This document shows positions 11,208 through 20,053 of a stretch of DNA of 64,000 nucleotides, one piece after another; the first letter of the stretch is position 1; each line of letters begins with the position of its first letter. Below the pieces are notes generated by a model. The model worked only from the letters and a program-made list of their open reading frames with translations. It was not told where the DNA came from and did not search any database. Made by a program: the position numbers and the translations under genes. Source of the stretch: a bacterium (GTDB taxonomy: Bacteria; Electryoneota; Electryoneia; Electryoneales; Electryoneaceae); contig CAXXKJ010000002.1 of assembly GCA_963675295.2 (NCBI GenBank), positions 1,088,001-1,152,000 on the forward strand, in the 5' to 3' direction.

Positions 11208-12752
11208 TCAGCGCAGGATTGTCAACCGCCGGTAGTCTGTTTGAGCCGTCCCTTCGGCGGCGAGAAAATACGTTCCGGATGCCAGGTTGGGAGCGTTCAG
11301 ACGGAAGGTATGGTAGCCCGGGAGAAGGGCTGGCCGATCAGCAAGAATCGCCGCCGGCCGGCCCAGGATATCGTAGACAACCAGCCGTATCGGTTGGTCT
11401 TCGAGCACCCGCAGCCGTATCACAGTGCTGGAGTTGAATGGATTGGGATAAACAGTGATGATATCGAATGTGTTCGGAAGTGGAGACGAGATCTCGGGTT
11501 CAGGTAATTCCTCTTCGTTTCCCGTGGCGAAGCGAAGTACGTTTGCCCGAAGCTTGCTGTCGTAGTTGTTGGATGGGTCGATGGGGTACTGCACAAACAC
11601 CAGCAGATCACCGTTTTCCGCCACGGTCATGCCGTCGAACAGAACTCCCTGCCAGGAAAGGTTCAGATCCGAAACCACATCGCCATCTGTGTTCAGAAAG
11701 GCGAGTGAATGCGATGTGTTTGGCTGATCAACGACTTCGGTACTACGTGCAATGGCGAACCCATCCGGTATCTCGGCCAGCGCGGTGAGCTGATAGAATT
11801 CCCACTCCTGAGTGCTGTCGATCGCCACTTGCCAGCGAACACTGCCGTCAGCGTTTTGTCTTGTCAGCCAGCCGCCGAGAGGAAACTGGTAGCCGGCGAA
11901 GGCAAAGCCGCCGTCTTCACACCATGTGAAGTCAGTGGTCCGTGTATACATGGAATTGTATACAGTCATCGGGACTGCGATGGAATCGACAGTCAGTCCG
12001 TCATGGTTCACAATCTGCACGAACGGAGTATTGACCTTCACATTCGGGTCGGCATCGCCGGTCAAGGTGACCTCGTCACCGGTTCGTCCGGGATACAGGG
12101 TCATGAACGGGTACTCATCCCACGAGCGCAGGATGGTTTCACCTCCGGATGGTGAAACACGCTTCAGGTACGTGGTGCGTTCACTATCAAAACGGTCGTT
12201 GCGATTCGAGGTTAACATGAACGCATGTCCGGAGTACTCGCCACTCCGGATACTTTCAATGTCGCGGATCGAGGAATAGTTATCGTTCCAGAACTGGGAT
12301 TTGTACTGGTGATCCCAGTCCACCTGACCGGTGGAAAGAACCCGTGCGACACCACTGTTTCCGGTGTCGTAGTCGGACTCATTTGACGTGTAGAAGGAGT
12401 ACTGCAGCAAATAGGAATCGTCTGACAGGCAACAGATCTTTCCGCTCCTGTGCGCAAAAACAGGATCAACCGCCTCGCGGCTTAAAACGTTCCCATAAGC
12501 GTCGAGTTCCCACAACGTCAATGTTGCATGGATCCAGTCCTCGCCGGATGTGTATTGCCTGCCAAATGCAAGCAGGTGGCCGTTTTCCAACTCGACAATG
12601 TCATTGATTTCCGTCTGCTTGTCTCCTGCGGTGAGCCTCGTGCCCCAGCGCAGTTCGGGTGGTTGCGCGTTGGCGATGGACACGAACAGCAGGACGAGAA
12701 GGATCACGAATACCAGTTTGGGTGAACGTGTAACAAGCATCGTTTTCATCAT
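11208..12752 (-). CDS. Secreted beta-propeller-like protein with T9SS-like CTD
   Basis: Signal peptide ...FVILLVLLFVSIANA; YPNPFNSS...LASGTYFL...RRLTILR; start uncertain (12752, 12749 or 12740). Confidence 0.75.
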   Translation of the reverse strand: MMKTMLVTRSPKLVFVILLVLLFVSIANAQPPELRWGTRLTAGDKQTEINDIVELENGHLLAFGRQYTSGEDWIHATLTLWELDAYGNVLSREAVDPVFAHRSGKICCLSDDSYLLQYSFYTSNESDYDTGNSGVARVLSTGQVDWDHQYKSQFWNDNYSSIRDIESIRSGEYSGHAFMLTSNRNDRFDSERTTYLKRVSPSGGETILRSWDEYPFMTLYPGRTGDEVTLTGDADPNVKVNTPFVQIVNHDGLTVDSIAVPMTVYNSMYTRTTDFTWCEDGGFAFAGYQFPLGGWLTRQNADGSVRWQVAIDSTQEWEFYQLTALAEIPDGFAIARSTEVVDQPNTSHSLAFLNTDGDVVSDLNLSWQGVLFDGMTVAENGDLLVFVQYPIDPSNNYDSKLRANVLRFATGNEEELPEPEISSPLPNTFDIITVYPNPFNSSTVIRLRVLEDQPIRLVVYDILGRPAAILADRPALLPGYHTFRLNAPNLASGTYFLAAEGTAQTDYRRLTILR

Positions 12753-12859
12753 CTGTTTAAGTGTGTTAATTATCAGGTGTAAGATAGACAGTTTTGGCAC
12801 ACATTACACTGGTTTGGCTTCCCGAACATATAAAAAGCTGTCTTGAGCTTGTCTCCAGC

Positions 12860-12889
12860 AAAAAAGGCCGGCGGATTCATCCGCCGGCC
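12860..12889 (-). terminator. Rho-independent terminator of 12919..14538
   Basis: Minus strand ggccggcgga-tgaa-tccgccggcc followed by tttttt. Confidence 0.75.
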
Positions 12890-12918
12890 ATACATCTCAT
12901 CTGTTCACCTGGTCGGGT

Positions 12919-14538
12919 TTACTTCAGCAGCAGCACCTTGACGGCTTGTTGCTGGCTACCGGCGATGGCATTGACGAAGTACACGCCCGCCGCCCAACTG
13001 CTGGCGTCAAGCTGCAGCTGATGCGCGCCAGCCGAAACGTTTCCGAGATCCTGCTGCATGACCACACGGCCGAGCACGTCATACACCTGCACCTGCAGGT
13101 TCGACGCCTGATTCATGGTTACCGTCAGCATCGTCGTCGGGTTGAACGGGTTCGGGTACGCGTTCAGGAGCATGTGGTCCACCGGGGTCGAAACCGTGGT
13201 TTCGCCCAGGCCCGTGGTGATCGTGTCGAGTCCTTCGATGTCACCCGGTTCACGCCAGAAATCACTGTTCTGGGCGTACACGACAATCGTCGGCAAGCCG
13301 GGGCAGTGGTCGATCAGACCACCGACGATTTCCACCCAGTCTCCTTCGACCGGACGGTCGGAACCGTTCCCCGGCGAATAGGACATCACGCCGTAGGTAA
13401 GGCGGAAGTCCGCCACGTCATCGGCGTCGATGTCGAGGCCGTACTGGTTGTGGCCGTTCGCGTTTTCGTCGACAACGACGTAGCCTTCGGCCTCAATCGA
13501 GGTCGGACCGGCGTAGTTGCAACCGTTGTGGTCCTGATGCCACTGGCCGCCATGGCTGTTGTGCTGGCCGCCGAGGGAATCCGGAACGAACCAGACGAGA
13601 CCATTGATCTCGAACACGATGACCATCGGAACGTCGCCGGGATGGCCACGGAACAGTTCGCCGCCGACGATGTCGATTTCGTCGCCATTCAACGGCAGTT
13701 CAGCGCCTGACGGCGGTTCGTAGTCCGGAGGACCGAATCCGAGGCGGTAATCCGCGACGCCGTCGTTCTCTTCGTCAATGAAGTATGCGTCGCGGCAGGG
13801 ATCGGGATTGTCAACGACAATCGCCCAGCCACTCAGCGTGACCTCTTCCCAGCCATGTGGTTCGTGTCCGCCGTGATGGCCGCCGCCATGCGGGCCGCTG
13901 CCGTCGAGCACGAAGTCAACCGTCGTCGTGAGATCTTCTTCGACGGTGATGTCAGCTTCATCCATTCCGTAGCCGGTAAGCATCGCACGCGCGACATAAT
14001 CGCCAACAGCGACCTCTTCGAACGTGAACATGCCGTCGGCGTCGGTCCAGGTCTCATAGACCTGCATCATGCCGCCACCACCGTGGCCGCCGCCGTGAAA
14101 TCCATGACGCAGTATGACCCGCGCGCTGTCGAGCGGGGCTGCGAGAGTATCAGTGACGGTGCCGGTGACGGTTCCGACCGCACCCGCCGGTGGCGGATCC
14201 GTGAAGCAATCCAGCACGAAATCGATGGTTACGGTTGCGCCTTCTTCGACGGTGATTTCGGCTTCATCCATGCCGTAGCCGAACAGTGATGCGCGAGCGG
14301 TGTAGTCGCCCGCCTCAACTTCTTCAAGGAGGAACATGCCGTCCGCGTCGGTCCAGGTTTCATACATCAGACCGCCGTGTCCGCCGCCGCCGTGATGCGA
14401 GGAATGCAGCACGACATGCGCGCCTTCGATGGGAACCAGCAGTGAATCGGTGACGGTCCCTGTCACTGTGGCGGCTTGCACGGAGCAAACGCCGGCCAGT
14501 AGCAGAAACAGTACGACCCATACAGAACGAGTCTTCAT
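12919..14538 (-). CDS. Secreted protein with two carboxypeptidase-regulatory-like domains, His/Gly-rich linkers, a duplicated acidic domain and a T9SS-like CTD
   Basis: TVTGTVTD...PI.GA.V.L...TWTDADGMF...V..GDY.ARA..GYG present twice; YPNPFNP CTD; start ATG 14538 with RBS ggag. Confidence 0.8.
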   Translation of the reverse strand: MKTRSVWVVLFLLLAGVCSVQAATVTGTVTDSLLVPIEGAHVVLHSSHHGGGGHGGLMYETWTDADGMFLLEEVEAGDYTARASLFGYGMDEAEITVEEGATVTIDFVLDCFTDPPPAGAVGTVTGTVTDTLAAPLDSARVILRHGFHGGGHGGGGMMQVYETWTDADGMFTFEEVAVGDYVARAMLTGYGMDEADITVEEDLTTTVDFVLDGSGPHGGGHHGGHEPHGWEEVTLSGWAIVVDNPDPCRDAYFIDEENDGVADYRLGFGPPDYEPPSGAELPLNGDEIDIVGGELFRGHPGDVPMVIVFEINGLVWFVPDSLGGQHNSHGGQWHQDHNGCNYAGPTSIEAEGYVVVDENANGHNQYGLDIDADDVADFRLTYGVMSYSPGNGSDRPVEGDWVEIVGGLIDHCPGLPTIVVYAQNSDFWREPGDIEGLDTITTGLGETTVSTPVDHMLLNAYPNPFNPTTMLTVTMNQASNLQVQVYDVLGRVVMQQDLGNVSAGAHQLQLDASSWAAGVYFVNAIAGSQQQAVKVLLLK

Positions 14539-14909
14539 GGGAGCTCCATGGTTACGCCGATGCATGCCTCGCCCGTCCCCAACGGGTTGTTGCCATGCAA
14601 CGGCAGCAGGTTTACTTGAAACGTCCCAATCAAGTAACCACTCTCCAAGTCAGGCATAATATACGTTCAAAAACAAATAAGGTTGCAATGCTCAAAGTGT
14701 TAGACACTCCTAAACTATTTAGGAAGCAGTAGAAACGGGCATAAACAGGAATGAAAAGCAATATTTACTTGTGCCAATCTCAACAGTTCATGTGAATACT
14801 CTGAGATAAGGTTTTGTATTTCTTGTAATGGGTATAACAGGGTGGTAGAAAGGAATCTAGCGTGCATACGTTTGCATGATCGGGTCTCAGTGTGAAGTTT
14901 GCGCGCACT

Positions 14910-14940
14910 AAAAAACGCCCGATCCACTGGATCGGGCGCT
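14910..14940 (-). terminator. Terminator downstream of tRNA-Ser
   Basis: Minus strand gcgcccgatcca-g-tggatcgggcgt followed by a T run. Confidence 0.75.
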
Positions 14941-14945
14941 GGTTC

Positions 14946-15038
14946 TGGCGGGGAGACAGGGATTCGAACCCTGGGTACGGTTTTACGCCGTACACTCGCT
15001 TAGCAGGCGAGCACCTTCAGCCACTCGGTCATCTCCCC
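14946..15038 (-). tRNA. tRNA-Ser(GCT)
   Basis: Minus strand GGGGAGA...TCTCCCC-G-CCA acceptor stem; anticodon arm CTCGC-CTGCTAA-GCGAG; long variable arm; GGTTCGAATCC T-loop. Confidence 0.97.
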
Positions 15039-15217
15039 GTGGCAAAGTCGGTTGTAAACCTGTACCGCAATGCAACGGGATTTCCATGTGCTTTGCGGCG
15101 CGGAGCAAGATAAACGGGGGAGCTGCCGAGCGCAAACATCCGGAGGGGGGGTCGGCGCTCTCGTGTGAGACCGGTTGGAGCCGTGACCACCCTCGCCGGA
15201 CAGGGTTCAACATGGGC

Positions 15218-15246
15218 TTGACCGGGTGGCGAGGTCTCGGTATGTT
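15218..15246 (+). promoter_or_regulatory. Putative sigma70 promoter for DUF3566-gltX
   Basis: TTGACC-17 bp-TATGTT. Confidence 0.45.
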
Positions 15247-15369
15247 AGCCGCGCGGCGGGAGCGGTTTGCGTCGCGCACGGGGGGCGGTACGGTCGATGC
15301 TCGAACCATGTTGCTGTGACAGCGTTCGGTGTCGCCTGGCGCTTTCCACAATTCAGCCGGGAGCTGCAG

Positions 15370-15960
15370 ATGAATTGGGAAATCCGTCGTATACCGTTGA
15401 TGCCGCTGGTTAAGATCAGCTTCATCGTCTACATGCTGATTTCGCTGGTCGCGATGCTGCTCTATGGTTTATTCCTCGGCAGCGTGGCCGGAGTGTTAAG
15501 CGGCTTGATGCATGAGGAGTTTGGCTCGATGCTTCCGGTGACCGGAGGGGCGTTGATCTTCGGCGGGTTGATCATGTCGGTGATTATGGCGGTGATCTAC
15601 ACCTTCTTCACTTTCCTCGCCGGAGTGGTCTACAACGCTGTCGCGGGCATGGTTGGCGGGCTCGAAGTGGAGTTGGAGCCGGCGAACGGCCCGTCCGAAC
15701 TGGCAAACTACGTGCATCCGCATCTGCCGCAACCGCAGCCGGTTCAGCAGCCGGTCGTGGTGCAGCAACCGGTCTCGCCGCCACCTGCGGAACCCGTGCC
15801 TCAGGCAGCGCAACAACCGCAATCTCAGCCGCCGGCGCAAGATCCGGAATCGTCGTCATCCGGCGGCAAGGATCATGAGCGCTACATGCCGCCGGGCAGC
15901 AAGGAGTCCGGTGAATCCGGATGGGGCTGGGGTGGCGATGAGCCGGAGAAGAAGGACTAG
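15370..15960 (+). CDS. DUF3566-like membrane protein with a Pro/Gln-rich tail
   Basis: MNWEIRRIPL..LVKIS...YNAVAGMVGGLEVELE pattern; RBS ggag before ATG 15370. Confidence 0.65.
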   Translation: MNWEIRRIPLMPLVKISFIVYMLISLVAMLLYGLFLGSVAGVLSGLMHEEFGSMLPVTGGALIFGGLIMSVIMAVIYTFFTFLAGVVYNAVAGMVGGLEVELEPANGPSELANYVHPHLPQPQPVQQPVVVQQPVSPPPAEPVPQAAQQPQSQPPAQDPESSSSGGKDHERYMPPGSKESGESGWGWGGDEPEKKD

Positions 15961-15996
15961 CTTCAGCACTCAAAACGTTGACGTGAAGGATAGACC

Positions 15997-17496
15997 ATGA
16001 CACCCGTCCGTGTACGTTTCGCACCCAGCCCGACCGGATTTCTCCATATCGGCGGCGTGCGTACGGCCATTTTCAACTACTTGTTCGCCCGTCACCATGA
16101 CGGCCAGTTCCTCATTCGCATCGAGGATACCGACACCCAGCGTTCGAAGCAGGAGTACGAGGATGATATCCTCGACGCGTTGAAGTGGCTCGGCCTGAAG
16201 TGGGACGAAGAACCGTTGCGTCAGTCGACACGGGTGACACGTCACCGTGAGATGGTGGAGGAGCTGATCGAGAAGGGCGCGGCGTTCCGCTGCTTTGTGC
16301 CGATGGAGAAGGCACAGGCGATGAAGGAAGCGGAGATGGCACGTGGTGGGATCAACGCCTTCCGCAGTCCGGACCGTGAGCTGACGCCGAAAGAGTCCAA
16401 GGCGCGGGCGGATGCCGGCGAGCCGTACGCGATCCGTTTCAAGGTGCCGACGCTGGATGTTGCGTTCAAGGACCACGTGCGCGGCACGGTCACCACTCCG
16501 GCGCACACGATCGACGACTTCATCATCCTACGCAAGGACGGCACGCCGACGTACATGATGGCGGTGGTGGTTGACGATTCCGAGATGGAGATCACCACGG
16601 TCATCCGTGGCGCGGACCACATTACCAACACCCCGAAGCAGGTGCTTTTGTACCAGGCGCTTGGCTTGCCGGTGCCGGAATTTGCGCATGTACCGTTGAT
16701 TCTCGGCCCGGACAAGAAGCGGTTGAGCAAGCGTCACGGCGCGGCTGCAGTCACTGAGTATCGCACCAAGGGTTACCTGCCGGAAGCGATCATGTCGTAC
16801 ATGGCGACGCTCGGCTGGTCGGCTGGCGAGGACAAGGACGTGTACACCCGCGAGGAACTGATCGAACAGTTTGATCTCAAGGGGATCAACAAGGCGAGCG
16901 CGGTGTTTGACGAGCAAAAGCTCGAGTGGATGAACGCACAGTTCATGTCGCAGGTGCGGGATTGCGACCTGCAGCAGATGTTGCGTCCCGAATTCGCGAA
17001 ACGCATTGAAGCGGGGCAGTATCCGCACGGGACCGGCCCGATGCTGGCCGAAGCGGTTCGGCTGCTGAAGACACGCGCGCATTTCCCGGTTGACATCCTC
17101 GACAAAGGCGGCTATTTCTTTGAGGATCCGACCGAACTCGAGGATCGCAAGGCGGCGAAGAAGCGGTTGAAGCACGAAGATCTGCCGACACGTCTGGATG
17201 AAATGGCGAAACGCTTCGAGGCGGTGCAGACGTTCGATGAAGAGCAGGCGGAAGAAGCGTTGCGTGTGTACACCGAAGAACTGGGGGAGAACGCTGGTGC
17301 GTTGATCCATCCGGTCCGGCTGGCAGTGAGCGGCATGGGGAGCGGCCCGAGCCTGTTTGAATTGCTGGTGTCGCTGGGGAAAGAAACGGTTGTCCGTCGC
17401 ATCCGGACGCTGGCCGAGCATCTGCGTAAGCATGGTACGCCGCCGGTGCCTGACGATCCGGACCAGCCGTTGCCGAAGATCGAGCCGTTGGCCTGA
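15997..17496 (+). CDS. gltX: Glutamate--tRNA ligase
   Basis: RVRFAPSPTGFLHIGG, IRIEDTD, VIRGADH, RLSKRHG. Confidence 0.97.
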   Translation: MTPVRVRFAPSPTGFLHIGGVRTAIFNYLFARHHDGQFLIRIEDTDTQRSKQEYEDDILDALKWLGLKWDEEPLRQSTRVTRHREMVEELIEKGAAFRCFVPMEKAQAMKEAEMARGGINAFRSPDRELTPKESKARADAGEPYAIRFKVPTLDVAFKDHVRGTVTTPAHTIDDFIILRKDGTPTYMMAVVVDDSEMEITTVIRGADHITNTPKQVLLYQALGLPVPEFAHVPLILGPDKKRLSKRHGAAAVTEYRTKGYLPEAIMSYMATLGWSAGEDKDVYTREELIEQFDLKGINKASAVFDEQKLEWMNAQFMSQVRDCDLQQMLRPEFAKRIEAGQYPHGTGPMLAEAVRLLKTRAHFPVDILDKGGYFFEDPTELEDRKAAKKRLKHEDLPTRLDEMAKRFEAVQTFDEEQAEEALRVYTEELGENAGALIHPVRLAVSGMGSGPSLFELLVSLGKETVVRRIRTLAEHLRKHGTPPVPDDPDQPLPKIEPLA

Positions 17497-17502
17497 CGGG
17501 GC

Positions 17503-17807
17503 GGATGACCCCAGACATGAATGTCTGGGGCATGTTGGCTGAAAGACTTGCCCGCGTAAGCTTGCAGGCGCGGACCTGATGCCGATCAAACAACTGGTCG
17601 GATCAGCCGCGGTAGGAAACCTCCTGCGGGCATCAGCAAGCGAGTTGGCGGAGATAATCCCGGACTGAAGTCCGAGGGCGTAGTTCTGTGGTGGCTTGGA
17701 GGTCTGTGAATCCCGGGCTGAAGCCCGAGGGCATGACTGCACAGGCACAGTGGCTGTATTGTATAACGAGTGGATGACCCCAGACATGAATGTCTGGGGC
17801 ATGTTGG
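17503..17807 (+). repeat. BIME-like cluster: two identical 36-bp palindromic direct repeats enclosing two 24-bp hairpins
   Basis: ggatgaccccagacatgaatgtctggggcatgttgg at 17503-17538 and 17772-17807; aatcccggRctgaagYccgagggc at 17656-17679 and 17709-17732. Confidence 0.85.
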
Positions 17808-17835
17808 GAAGTAGTGGTTTGTAGTTATTTACCTC

Positions 17836-17961
17836 CAGGACCCAGGACCCAGGACCCAGGACCCAGGACCCAGGACCCAGGACCCAGGACTCAGGACTCA
17901 GGACTCAGGACTCAGGACTCAGGACTCAGGACTCAGGACCCAGGACCCAGGACTCAGGACT
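17836..17961 (+). repeat. Heptamer tandem array (CAGGACY)x18
   Basis: 7x CAGGACC, 7x CAGGACT, 2x CAGGACC, 2x CAGGACT. Confidence 0.95.
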
Positions 17962-18038
17962 CGTGATGATCCCCGACTTGAGCTGGAAGTCGGGCTACTC
18001 AGACGAGAGACGAACGACCAGAGACGAGAGACGTTCCC

Positions 18039-18245
18039 ATGATCGATACCGAACTGTTATCCATTCTCGTATGTCCGTTGAGCCGGGCACCGTTGGTGCT
18101 GGAGGGTGACACGCTGGTCAGCACTGACGCCGAAACCCGCCGCCGCTACCGCATCGACGAAGGCATTCCAGTCATGCTGGTCGAGGAAAGCGAAGAACTT
18201 CCGGAAGCGGAGTGGCAGGCGATCATGAAGAAACACGGGAAGTAA
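18039..18245 (+). CDS. Trm112-family protein
   Basis: MIDTELLSILVCPLSRAPL...YRIDEGIPVML.EE. Confidence 0.85.
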   Translation: MIDTELLSILVCPLSRAPLVLEGDTLVSTDAETRRRYRIDEGIPVMLVEESEELPEAEWQAIMKKHGK

Positions 18246-18401
18246 ACCTCAGTTCCACCATTTCGCAGGAAACTGGTTATTCAATTCCCCCGGCCGTGAT
18301 TCCTCCCCGAGTCGGGCAGGATCGCTGCATACACAACTCTCCGCATCTCCCCTCATCCAATCAGCAGGTCCAATCCATCAGGTTGAAACGGAGTTGTGCT
18401 C

Positions 18402-19868
18402 ATGCGTTCCGCGCTCATCGTATTGCCTGCTCTTGCTTTTCCCCTCCTGTTGTTCGCCCAGGCACCGCAGGTGAACTGGACACGTTCCCATGGTACTGAT
18501 GTCGCCGAAGCCGCCTATCACGCTGTCGAACTGGACAACGGGGATATCCTTGTCGCGGGCGCGGCAGTAAACACGCAAGGCAATGCGGACGGTTTGTTGA
18601 TGCGTCTGACGGCCGCCGGCGACACGATCTGGTCCCGGACCTACGGCAATGACGGCTTCCAGGAGTTTCTGGATCTGGATGTCAATATGGACGGCGACTT
18701 CCTGCTGGCGGGAAACTGGGAACCATTCCCCGGCACCCCGGATCAGGGGTGGGTGGTGAAGACCGACGCGGACGGGAACGTGTTGTGGGAGGTGACGCGC
18801 CCCTCTGGATCCAACACTGTTGGGAGGTTGTTGAAGCTGGCGGCGACCGATGACGGCGGCGCTGTGGCGACCGGTACCTGGGGCCATCACGACGGCGCGT
18901 GGGTGTTCCGCTTGGACGGCAACGGCAACCTGTTGTGGGAAGAGCAGTTCACGCATCCAGATTACCCATTTGCATTCAGCCACGATGTCTATCCCCATCC
19001 GGATGGGCGCATCACCGTGCTCGCGAAATTAAAGGATCAGACTCAATTGGGCGAGAACTGGCTGTTTGAGATTGACACCGATCGTACCGTGCTGTGGAGT
19101 CACGTTCATGGAGATCCGGCGCGTCACGACGACTCGCGCACTCTTTCGCACCACCCGGGCGGCTACCTGATCAGCGGGGCCAGCGACCAGACCTTCCACC
19201 TGTGGAAGACAGACCAATCTGGCGGATTGTTGTGGAGCGAGTACTATCCGTTCCCCGGCATCGCGAAAGGGTTTGTGCAGGACCATGTTCAAACGGACGA
19301 TACGATTTACCTCGCCGGGACGCGTTTCGGTACGGGCGATACGGACTTAGCAGCCGTAGCAACCGGGTTGGATGGAACGTTCCGGTGGAGTGCCTTCATC
19401 GGACGGCCGGATGGGATCGACAAAGCTTCTGCGGTGATTGCACGGGACAACGATCTGCTGATGGTCGGGCAGGAAGCGAACTATGGTGATGGCGGACCGG
19501 CAGATGTATGGCTGTTGTCGATGCGGGAAACGACGCAACCTGCCGCTGTTTCCGTGCTTGCCGATGCCAGTGCGCTGACCGTACCCGCGGGCGGTGATGT
19601 GCTGCTGGACGTGTTGCTGACGAACACTCTCGCCAGTCCCACACAGGGCGATGTCTGGGCCGTGCTGGTGGCGCAGAATGGTGACCGGACGCTCTTGCGG
19701 CGAGCGCGTCCAACGTTGCAGCCCGGTACTGGCAAACTGGTGCCGGGAGTCGGGCTCACCGTGCCTGCCGATGCAGCGGCTGGCGAATATGATCTGGAGC
19801 TTAACCTGGGACTCTTTCCCACGACCATCATTTCCCAACAACTGGAGACGGTTGTTGTGACAAACTGA
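18402..19868 (+). CDS. Secreted beta-propeller repeat protein ending in the pre-CTD module, with no CTD
   Basis: Signal peptide; repeated K.D.DG..LW motifs; C-terminal TVPAGG...GDVW...VPADAAAGEY...G.FP. Confidence 0.75.
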   Translation: MRSALIVLPALAFPLLLFAQAPQVNWTRSHGTDVAEAAYHAVELDNGDILVAGAAVNTQGNADGLLMRLTAAGDTIWSRTYGNDGFQEFLDLDVNMDGDFLLAGNWEPFPGTPDQGWVVKTDADGNVLWEVTRPSGSNTVGRLLKLAATDDGGAVATGTWGHHDGAWVFRLDGNGNLLWEEQFTHPDYPFAFSHDVYPHPDGRITVLAKLKDQTQLGENWLFEIDTDRTVLWSHVHGDPARHDDSRTLSHHPGGYLISGASDQTFHLWKTDQSGGLLWSEYYPFPGIAKGFVQDHVQTDDTIYLAGTRFGTGDTDLAAVATGLDGTFRWSAFIGRPDGIDKASAVIARDNDLLMVGQEANYGDGGPADVWLLSMRETTQPAAVSVLADASALTVPAGGDVLLDVLLTNTLASPTQGDVWAVLVAQNGDRTLLRRARPTLQPGTGKLVPGVGLTVPADAAAGEYDLELNLGLFPTTIISQQLETVVVTN

Positions 19869-20053
19869 TCGCAACCGTGGTCCGGAAGGCCCGGCACGGG
19901 TGACAGTCATTTTTTGCCATAATCCTGCCTGATAGTTGCCCCGAACGAGTGTTGTCAGTAGGTTGTTTCTGCATCCCTTAATTGGAAAGGCAGGAATCAG
20001 GGATGGGTTGTGTTCAAACTCGTCTGGTATTGACAACAAGGGGGTAATCAGCA

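Noticed and set aside
14946-15038. tRNA-Ser as the attachment site of an integrated island
   Set aside because: No integrase and no duplicated tRNA 3' end were seen in the window.
17503-17807. 36-bp palindromic direct repeats as a CRISPR array
   Set aside because: Only two copies, a 233-bp interval containing other repeats, dispersed copies at 43463 and 52870, and no cas genes in the window.
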